Shown: positions 46,462 to 54,721 of the stretch, piece after piece
Position numbering within the stretch: the stretch's first letter is position 1
Layout: each line of letters opens with the position of its first letter
Source of the DNA: an uncultured Ectothiorhodospiraceae bacterium
GTDB lineage: Bacteria; Pseudomonadota; Gammaproteobacteria; UBA9214
NCBI GenBank assembly: GCA_947258515.1
Contig: CAMYIO010000002.1
Span: 686-64,685 of the forward strand
DNA length: 64,000 nt
Reading direction: 5' to 3'
Made by a program: the position numbers and the translations under genes
Notes under the pieces: generated by a model
Database searches by the model: none
What the model was told of the DNA's origin: nothing
Seen by the model: only the letters and a program-made list of their open reading frames with translations

Positions 46462-47382
46462 ATGCTGGAGCACAACAAGAACCTGAGTAGCATTATCGGG
46501 ACCATTCAGGATGAAGGCCCGTCATCCGGGGAGACGGACAGGCAGCGGGATGTGAAAGACACTACCGCCCCGTTCGATGTGGAGGCGCTTATCTCTGGCA
46601 GGTCGGCACCGCGGCGCACTTCCTGGCGCCTGTTTTTCTACATATTTATCGCCACACTGGTGCTTGCAGCCACTTTGATATTTATTGCAGGGGGGAGTGA
46701 CAGGCAACTGGCCGATGACTCACACGCGACAGAGCAGCCCGTTCAGCCACCCTACCTGCTGGCGGAAAATAGTATTCCTGACACCGGCAGGCGCATGGCA
46801 TCTGCAGGCACAGATGAACCGGCAATGTCCGTCACTGTCGGGGGACAGTCTGATAATTTCAGCAATGGTGAGATCCATGAAAGACAATCTTTGATCCTGC
46901 AGCAGCTACAGGAATTGACTGCCGCGATAGCGGATATCAAGGCAGGCAACAATCAGCACTGGATCGAAAATCAGGGTGAACTGATAAAGATGCAGAAAGA
47001 ATTTTATCGCGAGTTTGATAAAGTGGCGGCGGTTGTTGCCGGATTGCAGCAGCAACCGGTTGCGCAGTCAGAAAGTCCCGCAGGGATTGCGGAAGATCCG
47101 GTCGAGCTTGAAGTCGCATTACCGCAATCCGGCAAGGTGCCTGTCACGGGTGAATGGGTAGTGAATGTCGTTAGTTCGGAGCATCTCGAACCTGTCGAGA
47201 AGCTGATGAGCAAGCTGCACGAGCGTAAAATTCCGGCAGAGATACAGGAAGTGATGATTGGCGGAAAGCTGCGCTACCGTCTGCGGATACCGGGATTTAC
47301 CAGCAGAGAGGAGGCACGGGAGTATGCCCGCCTTCTTGATGGCGACCTCGGTCTGAAGGACCCCTGGATCAGCGAGCGCTAG
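46462..47382 (+). CDS. Bitopic membrane protein with C-terminal SPOR (peptidoglycan-binding) domain
   Basis: TM WRLFFYIFIATLVLAATLIFIAG, a coiled-coil-like middle, and a C-terminal WVVNVVSSEHLEPVEKLMSKLHERKIPAEIQEVMIGGKLRYRLRIPGFTSREEAREYARLL typical of SPOR. GGGGGG SD. Confidence 0.75.
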   Translation: MLEHNKNLSSIIGTIQDEGPSSGETDRQRDVKDTTAPFDVEALISGRSAPRRTSWRLFFYIFIATLVLAATLIFIAGGSDRQLADDSHATEQPVQPPYLLAENSIPDTGRRMASAGTDEPAMSVTVGGQSDNFSNGEIHERQSLILQQLQELTAAIADIKAGNNQHWIENQGELIKMQKEFYREFDKVAAVVAGLQQQPVAQSESPAGIAEDPVELEVALPQSGKVPVTGEWVVNVVSSEHLEPVEKLMSKLHERKIPAEIQEVMIGGKLRYRLRIPGFTSREEAREYARLLDGDLGLKDPWISER

Positions 47383-47613
47383 CAGTTTCGACTTCACAAA
47401 ACAGGCGTGGACTCCCGCAGGAGTAGACAGTTGGCGTCGCTGTTAAAAGTTGCAAGGTTTTAAAGTTATCAGTGGGTTAGACGAAATATACAGGTAGAGG
47501 CGGCGTTGATTATGTTGTGAGCTGCAATACAGCGTACTGCCTGCGAAAACAAGCCACAGGATAGAGGCTTGTGCCAACATATTTTTACGTCATTCATACA
47601 AGGGAATGGGATT

Positions 47614-49194
47614 ATGACTGTAAATGCCGAACCAGACGGGTTCCTGCTCGATCAACAATTGCTTGTACACCTGGAAAAGTGTACTACCCTGCCCAGTCCA
47701 CCGACTGTTGCCATGCGGATACTGGATCTTTCCCAGGATCCTGATGTCGATATAGCCAAGGTCGCTGACGTGGTAAGCATGGATCCTGCGCTGACGGCGA
47801 AGATCCTGCGAATTGCCAACTCACCACTCTATGCAATCAGACGCAAGACAGAGAACCTGCGTCAGGCCATCATGCTGCTTGGTCTCAATGGTACCCTCAC
47901 CATGGCGCTCAGCTTCTCTCTCTCGTCCTCGATGCATAATAATGCGGGCCAGGGATTTGATTACACTTTGTTCTGGAAGCGCTCGCTTGCCGCGGCGACC
48001 TGCTCCCGCCGGTTAAGCGTGGCCGCCGGGATGGGCGCTGGAGAAGAGATGTTCCTCGCCGGCCTGTTACAGGACATCGGTATGCTGGCGATCGACAAAC
48101 TTCAACCCGATTTTTACAGCAATCTGGATACTGACCAGTCAGACCACAATATGGTGCAGGAACTGGAAAAGCGGGCGATTGGTGCTGATCATGCCGCCAT
48201 TGGTGGCTGGTTGTTGCAGCAATGGAACCTGCCGGAGACGCTGCAATATGCGGTGGCCGGCAGTCATAACCTGGAGTTTGTTGACAGGCAGAGTGAACAT
48301 TTTTCGCACGCGATTTGTGTCGCGGTTTCAGGCCTGCTTTCTGATGCATTGCTGCTGGATGATGGTGGCCAGTCACTGCTGCCGGTACTTAATCTTATTA
48401 AAGAAAGTCTTGCGATAGATGATGAAACCATGTCCGGGTTGCCTGAGACACTGAATGAAGATTTTATGGAAGTGGCATCAGTATTTGAAACTGACCTGGC
48501 AGACTACAGTCTTTCCGAATTCCTGGTTGATCAGGCCAAGGAAACACTCCTGTTGCGCAATCTGCAAACAATCCAGAAGTCGGAACAACTCCGTGAAGAG
48601 ACGCAGATGCTTGAAACCAGGACCCGGTCGCTGGAAGAGCAGGCCCGGCGTGACGGACTGACCGGGTTGTATAACCGTGCCTATCTGGACGAAAAGATTG
48701 AGCGGGAATTCAAAATGGCCAAGGCCCGTGACTGGCCGCTGGTGGTGATGTTCGTCGATCTTGATCACTTCAAAAATGTAAATGACACCTATGGGCACCA
48801 GATCGGTGATGAGGTACTGCGGGCCTCGGCTGAAATCCTTGGCACCTGTATACGCAACGATGACATTGTAGCGCGGTATGGTGGTGAAGAGTTTGTCATC
48901 ATACTGCCGGGCTGTCCGCAGAATCCAGCGAGTGTTGTTACTGAACGCATAATCAACAAATTCCGTAATAAACGCCACCCGGCACATGATGGCACCGAAA
49001 TAACGGTAACGGCATCAATCGGGATGGCCGTTATGGGTGAAGGGGTAACATTCAGCAGCGCCCTGGAGCTGCTCGGTGCAGCAGACAAGGCTGTATATGT
49101 GGCAAAAGATCAAGGGCGGAATCGTTCTGTCACATACAGTAGTACGTTTGATCAAAGCATGAACCTTGATAGTAATCTGGTATCCATCAGCTGA
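47614..49194 (+). CDS. HDOD + GGDEF diguanylate cyclase
   Basis: N-terminal HDOD (LPSPPTVAMRILDLSQDPDVDIAKVADVVSMDPALTAKILRIANSPLY). C-terminal GGDEF domain with an intact GGEEF and an RNDD I-site 5 residues upstream. Confidence 0.85.
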   Translation: MTVNAEPDGFLLDQQLLVHLEKCTTLPSPPTVAMRILDLSQDPDVDIAKVADVVSMDPALTAKILRIANSPLYAIRRKTENLRQAIMLLGLNGTLTMALSFSLSSSMHNNAGQGFDYTLFWKRSLAAATCSRRLSVAAGMGAGEEMFLAGLLQDIGMLAIDKLQPDFYSNLDTDQSDHNMVQELEKRAIGADHAAIGGWLLQQWNLPETLQYAVAGSHNLEFVDRQSEHFSHAICVAVSGLLSDALLLDDGGQSLLPVLNLIKESLAIDDETMSGLPETLNEDFMEVASVFETDLADYSLSEFLVDQAKETLLLRNLQTIQKSEQLREETQMLETRTRSLEEQARRDGLTGLYNRAYLDEKIEREFKMAKARDWPLVVMFVDLDHFKNVNDTYGHQIGDEVLRASAEILGTCIRNDDIVARYGGEEFVIILPGCPQNPASVVTERIINKFRNKRHPAHDGTEITVTASIGMAVMGEGVTFSSALELLGAADKAVYVAKDQGRNRSVTYSSTFDQSMNLDSNLVSIS

Positions 49195-49641
49195 GCTGAC
49201 TGTATGTAAATAGCCGGGACTTTTGTGAAGCCTGTCTACGAATACAGATACGGCAGCAATCAGTAACCCGCGTTTTAATCGCGGACAGTCCTGTCAGTAC
49301 TTGCCGGAATAGAGAGCAAGTTGGCTGGCTTTGTCCGATGGCCGCTCTGTTTTTCCATATAAAATAATCAGTTGCTGTTTTAATGATAACCCGGGCATCC
49401 GGCTGTGCCCAGGCGGTGGGGTTATTGATGATAAAGTCACGTTCATGCCTCAGCTGACTGGTTTCGATACTTGAGCCGCTGGAAACCGGGGCATGTTTGA
49501 GGACGGGCGTTGTCCGGTTGGAACCCGCTGAGAAGTGCGGAAACGGTCATGCTGTGGCAAACTGGCCAGGTGTGGAATACACGCGCCGCAGCGAACCCTG
49601 GTCATGCCGGGTGATGGTGCTTTTGAATACGATGCGTAAAG

Positions 49642-50016
49642 GTGAAGACCTCGTGGTCAACAGGATGGACTATAGTTGTGAGTAAACCTTCTTTTGCAAC
49701 GGCCATTCCCCGGCGCCGCTACAAGTACGGTGAATTCACCCTGACCGTACTGGGGGATATCGAAACTCCGGATGTAATTGACTATCGCTACATTCTGGCA
49801 GTAGCACAGGGCTCCGACCCGGAGCCGGGCTTGTATATAACGGCAGAGCAGGCTGCAGGCGAAGAACTGGTCATGCGCATCATGATGCGTGATGGTGACG
49901 AGGTGATCGGACATTCCGGTCAGTGGCGTGACCTGGACATGTTTGTCGATGAAGCGCTGAGCATCGTTTCACGGATACTGAATCTGTCAGACGAAACGCC
50001 GTATCAACTCATGTAA
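49642..50016 (+). CDS. Hypothetical protein
   Basis: ORF with protein-like composition (..RRRYKYGEFTLTVLGDIETPDVIDYRYILAVAQG..). The start is uncertain (GTG 49642 or GTG 49678). No family recognised. Confidence 0.45.
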   Translation: MKTSWSTGWTIVVSKPSFATAIPRRRYKYGEFTLTVLGDIETPDVIDYRYILAVAQGSDPEPGLYITAEQAAGEELVMRIMMRDGDEVIGHSGQWRDLDMFVDEALSIVSRILNLSDETPYQLM

Positions 50017-50029
50017 CAGAGGATCTGCA

Positions 50030-50314
50030 ATGAACCGGGGAGCCAGACGCATTGTGTTGCTGTTAGCCATGCTCGCTGCATTTGCCTGTTCGGCTCCGCT
50101 ACAGGCCTTTTCTTTTTGTTTTTCATTCGGAAATAACAACCACAGGTTCTCGCCCCACGACCGCTATATGCAACCCTACCCACCGGCACCTGGTGCATAT
50201 TACCCGGCAGATCCGAATCAGATGCAATTGCCGGGCACTGCCTATCCCCCTGCGTACCCGTTACCACCCTTGCAGCCCTATGGCACTCTGCTACCGGCGC
50301 AATCAGGCTGGTAA
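50030..50314 (+). CDS. Small exported Pro/Tyr-rich protein (hypothetical)
   Basis: Signal peptide RRIVLLLAMLAAFACSAPLQA, then a P/Y/Q-rich tail (PYPPAPGAYYPADPNQMQLPGTAYPPAYPLPPLQPYG). Confidence 0.4.
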   Translation: MNRGARRIVLLLAMLAAFACSAPLQAFSFCFSFGNNNHRFSPHDRYMQPYPPAPGAYYPADPNQMQLPGTAYPPAYPLPPLQPYGTLLPAQSGW

Positions 50315-50329
50315 GGGGCTGACTGACAG

Positions 50330-51970
50330 CTATAGCACGCGTACCCGGAACTGGAAACTGAAGCCGGGGTTGTTAATTCCATCTGAGGCTGCAAACGCAC
50401 CGCTTGTCAGGCCGCGGAAATGGGTGACATTGCTGTCATAGCCATCTGCATCCGGTACCGGGGTGTAAGTGTAGCTTAGCCCGCCGTCGCTGGAAAACTC
50501 GATATCATCCATGCTGTTGCCGAGTGCGGTAAACGTATAAGCGAGTGCGCTCGGGGTGCCGCCGTCAATGAATGCCAGTGGACCGGAGTCACTGGTAGTG
50601 ATGTCCCCGACGAACATTTCGGTATTCGCCGGGATGGAATCGGTCACGGTGACCGAGTTCATGTCGGTTGCCGCGAATCCCGAGTTACTGGAGGTGATGG
50701 TGTATTGCATCACGGCACCCGGTATCGCTTTTGGATTGCTGGTGTTATTCACCGGGTCAGAAAGGGTTTGTACTGATTTGATTGTCTGTATTTCCGGTGT
50801 CGGGTTGATGGTGACTGCGACACTGTCCGCGTCGTTGCCGGATACCGGGTCAGGCTGGTCCAGTGCCAGGCTGTCGGCCGTATTGGTGACTATGGTTACT
50901 GCTGATACAGTGTCGGCCTTGACACTGAGTGTCAGTGTGGCAACGGCCTGGTCCGCCAGTGTACCCGCGGTCCAGAGACCGTTGGACGGGTTATAACTGC
51001 CGTGAGAAGCCGCTGCCGATATATAACTGACACCGGCAGGCAAAACATCGCTCAGGACCACGCCGGTTGCGTCACTGCTGCCGTTATTGGTGATCGTCAC
51101 GGTATAGCTGAAGCTGCTGCCTGAACTGACGGTCGTGCTGCTGGCCGTCTTGGTGACTGCCAGGTCACTGAATAAAATGCTGCCGCCATTGCCACCCGGT
51201 CCGTCCATATTGTCTTCGGTGCTAACAGGGATGTTCTGGCCATTGGATGAGGCAATGTGGAAACCCAGCGAAGAGGGACCTGAAAAACCCAGTGCGGCCC
51301 ACGAGATTCTGGTTTCCATTTCGACACCGGCCTGGGCTCCCGAGGTAAGTCCGCCATTCTGGTTCCGACTGTCGCCATTGGCTGCCAGCAGTGTGACCTC
51401 GGTGCCGTAGGTGCCGGGCAGGTTATAGCCATCGGCATTGCCGGCGCCCGGGCACCAGCCATCGGCGACGGAATTGACACCGCTGGCCGGGCAGGTCATG
51501 GGGTCACCGCCCGGCCGGGCACTGACATAGCCATACAGGCGCACAGTCGTGGCGCCGTTGTTGCCCTTCCAGGAGACGCGCAACAGCTTCTCACCTGACT
51601 GCATCAGGCCATCGGGTGCGCCGCCACTGGAGTCGAAAAAGAACCACCAGTCGGTGGTATTGCTGATGCTGGCGAAACGCTCGATCCACAGGTACAGAAA
51701 GGCACTGTCATACGTATAGGCAAATGATTCGAGGTCGCGCCCGTTGCTGTCAATCTGATAGTCCAGGTCCGCAGCCGTACCGGTCTGCTTGTCGCCCTCG
51801 GCATCGCTGGAGAACTGCCCCGGATTGGTGGTTATGTCCGTCGGTGTTTTCCAGTCACTGGTGCCACCGCCGGACAGACCGGCGTCGATGGAAATACTGC
51901 GCTGGATAACAGCGGGCAGTGCCGGCAGGGTGTAAAGCAGGAGGCTGACGAAAAGTAATTTACGTATCAT
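50330..51970 (-). CDS. Exported DUF11-type repeat protein (putative surface/adhesin-like)
   Basis: Signal peptide. Two repeats of the LAVTKTASS..V..G..FSYTVTITNNG.SDATGVVLSDVLPAGVSY type (conserved repeat domain). ATG 51970 lies 14 nt after the upstream gene's stop. Confidence 0.7.
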   Translation of the reverse strand: MIRKLLFVSLLLYTLPALPAVIQRSISIDAGLSGGGTSDWKTPTDITTNPGQFSSDAEGDKQTGTAADLDYQIDSNGRDLESFAYTYDSAFLYLWIERFASISNTTDWWFFFDSSGGAPDGLMQSGEKLLRVSWKGNNGATTVRLYGYVSARPGGDPMTCPASGVNSVADGWCPGAGNADGYNLPGTYGTEVTLLAANGDSRNQNGGLTSGAQAGVEMETRISWAALGFSGPSSLGFHIASSNGQNIPVSTEDNMDGPGGNGGSILFSDLAVTKTASSTTVSSGSSFSYTVTITNNGSSDATGVVLSDVLPAGVSYISAAASHGSYNPSNGLWTAGTLADQAVATLTLSVKADTVSAVTIVTNTADSLALDQPDPVSGNDADSVAVTINPTPEIQTIKSVQTLSDPVNNTSNPKAIPGAVMQYTITSSNSGFAATDMNSVTVTDSIPANTEMFVGDITTSDSGPLAFIDGGTPSALAYTFTALGNSMDDIEFSSDGGLSYTYTPVPDADGYDSNVTHFRGLTSGAFAASDGINNPGFSFQFRVRVL

Positions 51971-51984
51971 CACTACCGTGGGAA

Positions 51985-54132
51985 TTATTTTACCAGGTTG
52001 ACAGTGCCGGGCACGTTCTGCGCTTCCAGCATCCTCAGGAGTTCTGATGCCGGTACCGGTTTGCTGAACAGATAACCCTGCACGATATTAACACCCTGTT
52101 GTCTGAAGAAATTCAATTGCCTGACATTTTCGACGCCTTCTACAACCAGCGACAGCTTCAGGCTCTGGGCCATGGCAATAATGGCCTGTGCAATCGTAAC
52201 ATCATCAGTGCTGTCGGGGATCTCGCTCACAAAGGACTTGTCGATCTTTACGATATCGATTGGCAGGCGGCGCAGGTAATTGAGCGATGAATAGCCTGTA
52301 CCGAAGTCATCCATGGCAATACTGATACCCATACACTTCAGCCTGTCCAGTACGGTAATGGCCGAGTCAATATTTTCCATTGCCACATTCTCGGTAACCT
52401 CGAGTTCAGTCATCCTGGCATCCAGCCCTGCTTCCCCGAGCGCTTGCGCGACCACATCTTCAAAACCGGGTCGCGAGAGCTGTGCAGAAGAAAGGTTGAC
52501 AGCAACAGTGAGACCGGTGAATCCGGTGTTGTGCCATTGCTTCAATTGCCTGAAGGCAGTGTTAAGTACCCACTCACCAATGGGAATAATCAGGCCGCTG
52601 TCCTCTGCCACCGGGATGAAGTCGAGTGGGCTGATAAAACCCATCGTCGGGTGTTTCCATCGCAGCAGCGCCTCGACGCCAACGATCATGTTCCTGTTGA
52701 TGTCGACTTTTGGTTGATAGAACAGTCGCAGCTGGTTTCTTTCAACAGCCTTTCGCAGGTTGGTTTCCATGGCCAGTTGTTTGCGAGAGCCGGCGTTCAT
52801 CTCGGCCGTGTAGTAAATCGCCTTGTTACGGCCGAGTTCCTTGGCGCGGTACATACTGATGTCCGCGTGTTTTATCAGCGTCTCTGCATCTGTACCATCA
52901 TAGGGAAATATGCTGATACCGATGCTGGTGGTTATATGCAATTCGTGGCCATTACAGGATATCGGGTCAACCAGGCATTCGATGATTTTCTTTGCGATGC
53001 GTCCGGCATCGGCGGAGCCGCTGATTCTGGGCAGCAGTACCATGAATTCATCGCCGCCGAGACGGGCAACGGTGTCTTCCTCGCGTACACAGTTGTTCAG
53101 CCGGCGCGATATGACACGCAATAACTGGTCCCCGACGGCATGCCCCAGTGAATCGTTAATAATCTTGAAACGATCAAGGTCGAGAAACAGCAGTGCAGCA
53201 TTGGTCTGTTGCCGGCGTGCATGTGCCAGTTCGCTGGTGATGCGGTCATTGAGCAGTATCCGGTTGGGAAGCCCGGTCAGTGCATCGTGGTGTGCATGAT
53301 ACTCCATGCGGTTTGCGACAGACTCGGCCTGCTCCTTGGAGAGTTCGAGTAGCGCATTGGCGCTTTCAAGTTCCCTGGTGCGTTGCGTGACACGTTCTTC
53401 CAGTCTTAGACGATGCTCCCTGAGTTCGTTATCACGCGACTGTATTTCATCCAGCATGGTGTTGAAATCAGTGATCAGGTTGCCGAGTTCATCCTTGCCT
53501 TCGCCGATGACGCGCACTGAATAGTTTTTCCCGGTACTGACCTGACGAGCGATGGCGGATAGTCGCAGCAGCGGGTCGGTGATAATGCGTTGTAACTGTG
53601 CGCCCAGTACGAATGTGACCAGCAGCGAAGCCAGCAATACAATGGCGACGATTCCCAGAAACATCACCAGTCGGTCATGAATGGCTTCCATATCCGAGCG
53701 CAGGTAGATAAAGCCAATAAGGTCTCCTTCATAGAATATGCGGGTATACAACTCGACATAATCGCTCCAGAAGAGAATGTTCTCGTTTTGCAGATCGGAT
53801 GCCGGTAAATCCAGGTTCAGGCCGGGCTGGATATAGTGTGCGAATTCCTTCTCATCGCTGTCATAGATGGCAGCTGCCTGGATATGTTGCTGTGAATTGA
53901 GGAAACTGAGCGTTTCCTGTGCCGCAACCGGGTCGGAGAACAGCAGTGCTGCACTGCTGTTGGCCGCGATGATGTCTGCCATCGTGCCAAGGTTGTCGCT
54001 GACAGTTTGCTGGGTATTGATGCGGTCACTGGTAATAAAGGCAATACTGGCTAGCAACAGCGACACGCTACTGATACTGACAATCAGTATTGTCAGTTTC
54101 GTGCGTATGGATATGTCCCGGAGATTCCACAT
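51985..54132 (-). CDS. Membrane sensor (CHASE8-like periplasmic domain + HAMP) GGDEF-EAL protein
   Basis: 2 TM flank a ~150-aa domain, then HAMP, GGDEF (intact GGDEF with an REED I-site) and EAL ([28 protein letters not shown]). Confidence 0.9.
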   Translation of the reverse strand: MWNLRDISIRTKLTILIVSISSVSLLLASIAFITSDRINTQQTVSDNLGTMADIIAANSSAALLFSDPVAAQETLSFLNSQQHIQAAAIYDSDEKEFAHYIQPGLNLDLPASDLQNENILFWSDYVELYTRIFYEGDLIGFIYLRSDMEAIHDRLVMFLGIVAIVLLASLLVTFVLGAQLQRIITDPLLRLSAIARQVSTGKNYSVRVIGEGKDELGNLITDFNTMLDEIQSRDNELREHRLRLEERVTQRTRELESANALLELSKEQAESVANRMEYHAHHDALTGLPNRILLNDRITSELAHARRQQTNAALLFLDLDRFKIINDSLGHAVGDQLLRVISRRLNNCVREEDTVARLGGDEFMVLLPRISGSADAGRIAKKIIECLVDPISCNGHELHITTSIGISIFPYDGTDAETLIKHADISMYRAKELGRNKAIYYTAEMNAGSRKQLAMETNLRKAVERNQLRLFYQPKVDINRNMIVGVEALLRWKHPTMGFISPLDFIPVAEDSGLIIPIGEWVLNTAFRQLKQWHNTGFTGLTVAVNLSSAQLSRPGFEDVVAQALGEAGLDARMTELEVTENVAMENIDSAITVLDRLKCMGISIAMDDFGTGYSSLNYLRRLPIDIVKIDKSFVSEIPDSTDDVTIAQAIIAMAQSLKLSLVVEGVENVRQLNFFRQQGVNIVQGYLFSKPVPASELLRMLEAQNVPGTVNLVK

Positions 54133-54141
54133 AAGGAGGCC

Positions 54142-54711
54142 TTAATTACCTCCCGTTACGCTGATCGCCAGTGACAGCAATTTCGAACTGATGTTCAGAC
54201 CGGCATTATTGGCAGCCCCGGCGTTAATCCTGAACCTGACCTTGTTATGGACCAGAATGAACTGGATGATGCCACCTTCTTCAATGAAGCCGGCTGCGTC
54301 ACTGACGGTCAGTACCGGTTGTTCGCTGAGCAGCAACAGGACCTCGATGAGCTCGGTATTTTCACCGATATAGACAAGCTCGCAGTCATCAAGCATGGTG
54401 AGACTGCTGAGGCGCCTGATCACCAGCGTCTGCTTTTTAACTGCCTTGCCTGCAAGATTGTCCAGCTCTGTGCCAAAAGGATCTGTTCCGATCACGCAGA
54501 GTGTGAACTCCGTGCGGTCCTGTAGCGTTGCTTCCGGCCAGGTTACAAAGCGGGAGAAGTTATACAGAAAGGCTGTCTTCACCCGGTACTCCGAAATTTG
54601 CGTTTCACCCGACATGACATGGGCTGGAACAGACAACAGCAACACTGTCAGCAGGCAGCGAACCAGGCGGTGCAGGCCGTGCAACAGTGACATGTCGTGT
54701 CGTGATGTCAT
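54142..54711 (-). CDS. YfiR-like (DUF4154) periplasmic protein
   Basis: Signal peptide, then YRVKTAFLYNFSRFVTWPE...FTLCVIG...VLTVSD..GF...GGIIQF.L..NKVRF.IN...A...GL.ISSKLL. ATG 54711 avoids overlap with the upstream receptor gene. Confidence 0.75.
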   Translation of the reverse strand: MTSRHDMSLLHGLHRLVRCLLTVLLLSVPAHVMSGETQISEYRVKTAFLYNFSRFVTWPEATLQDRTEFTLCVIGTDPFGTELDNLAGKAVKKQTLVIRRLSSLTMLDDCELVYIGENTELIEVLLLLSEQPVLTVSDAAGFIEEGGIIQFILVHNKVRFRINAGAANNAGLNISSKLLSLAISVTGGN

Positions 54712-54721
54712 CAGTATGTTT

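Noticed and set aside
49294-49446. 50-aa minus-strand ORF in the spacer after the HDOD-GGDEF gene.
   Set aside because: The GAGG lies only 1 nt from the ATG, there is no recognisable motif, and the downstream hairpin is weak. Not supportable from sequence alone.
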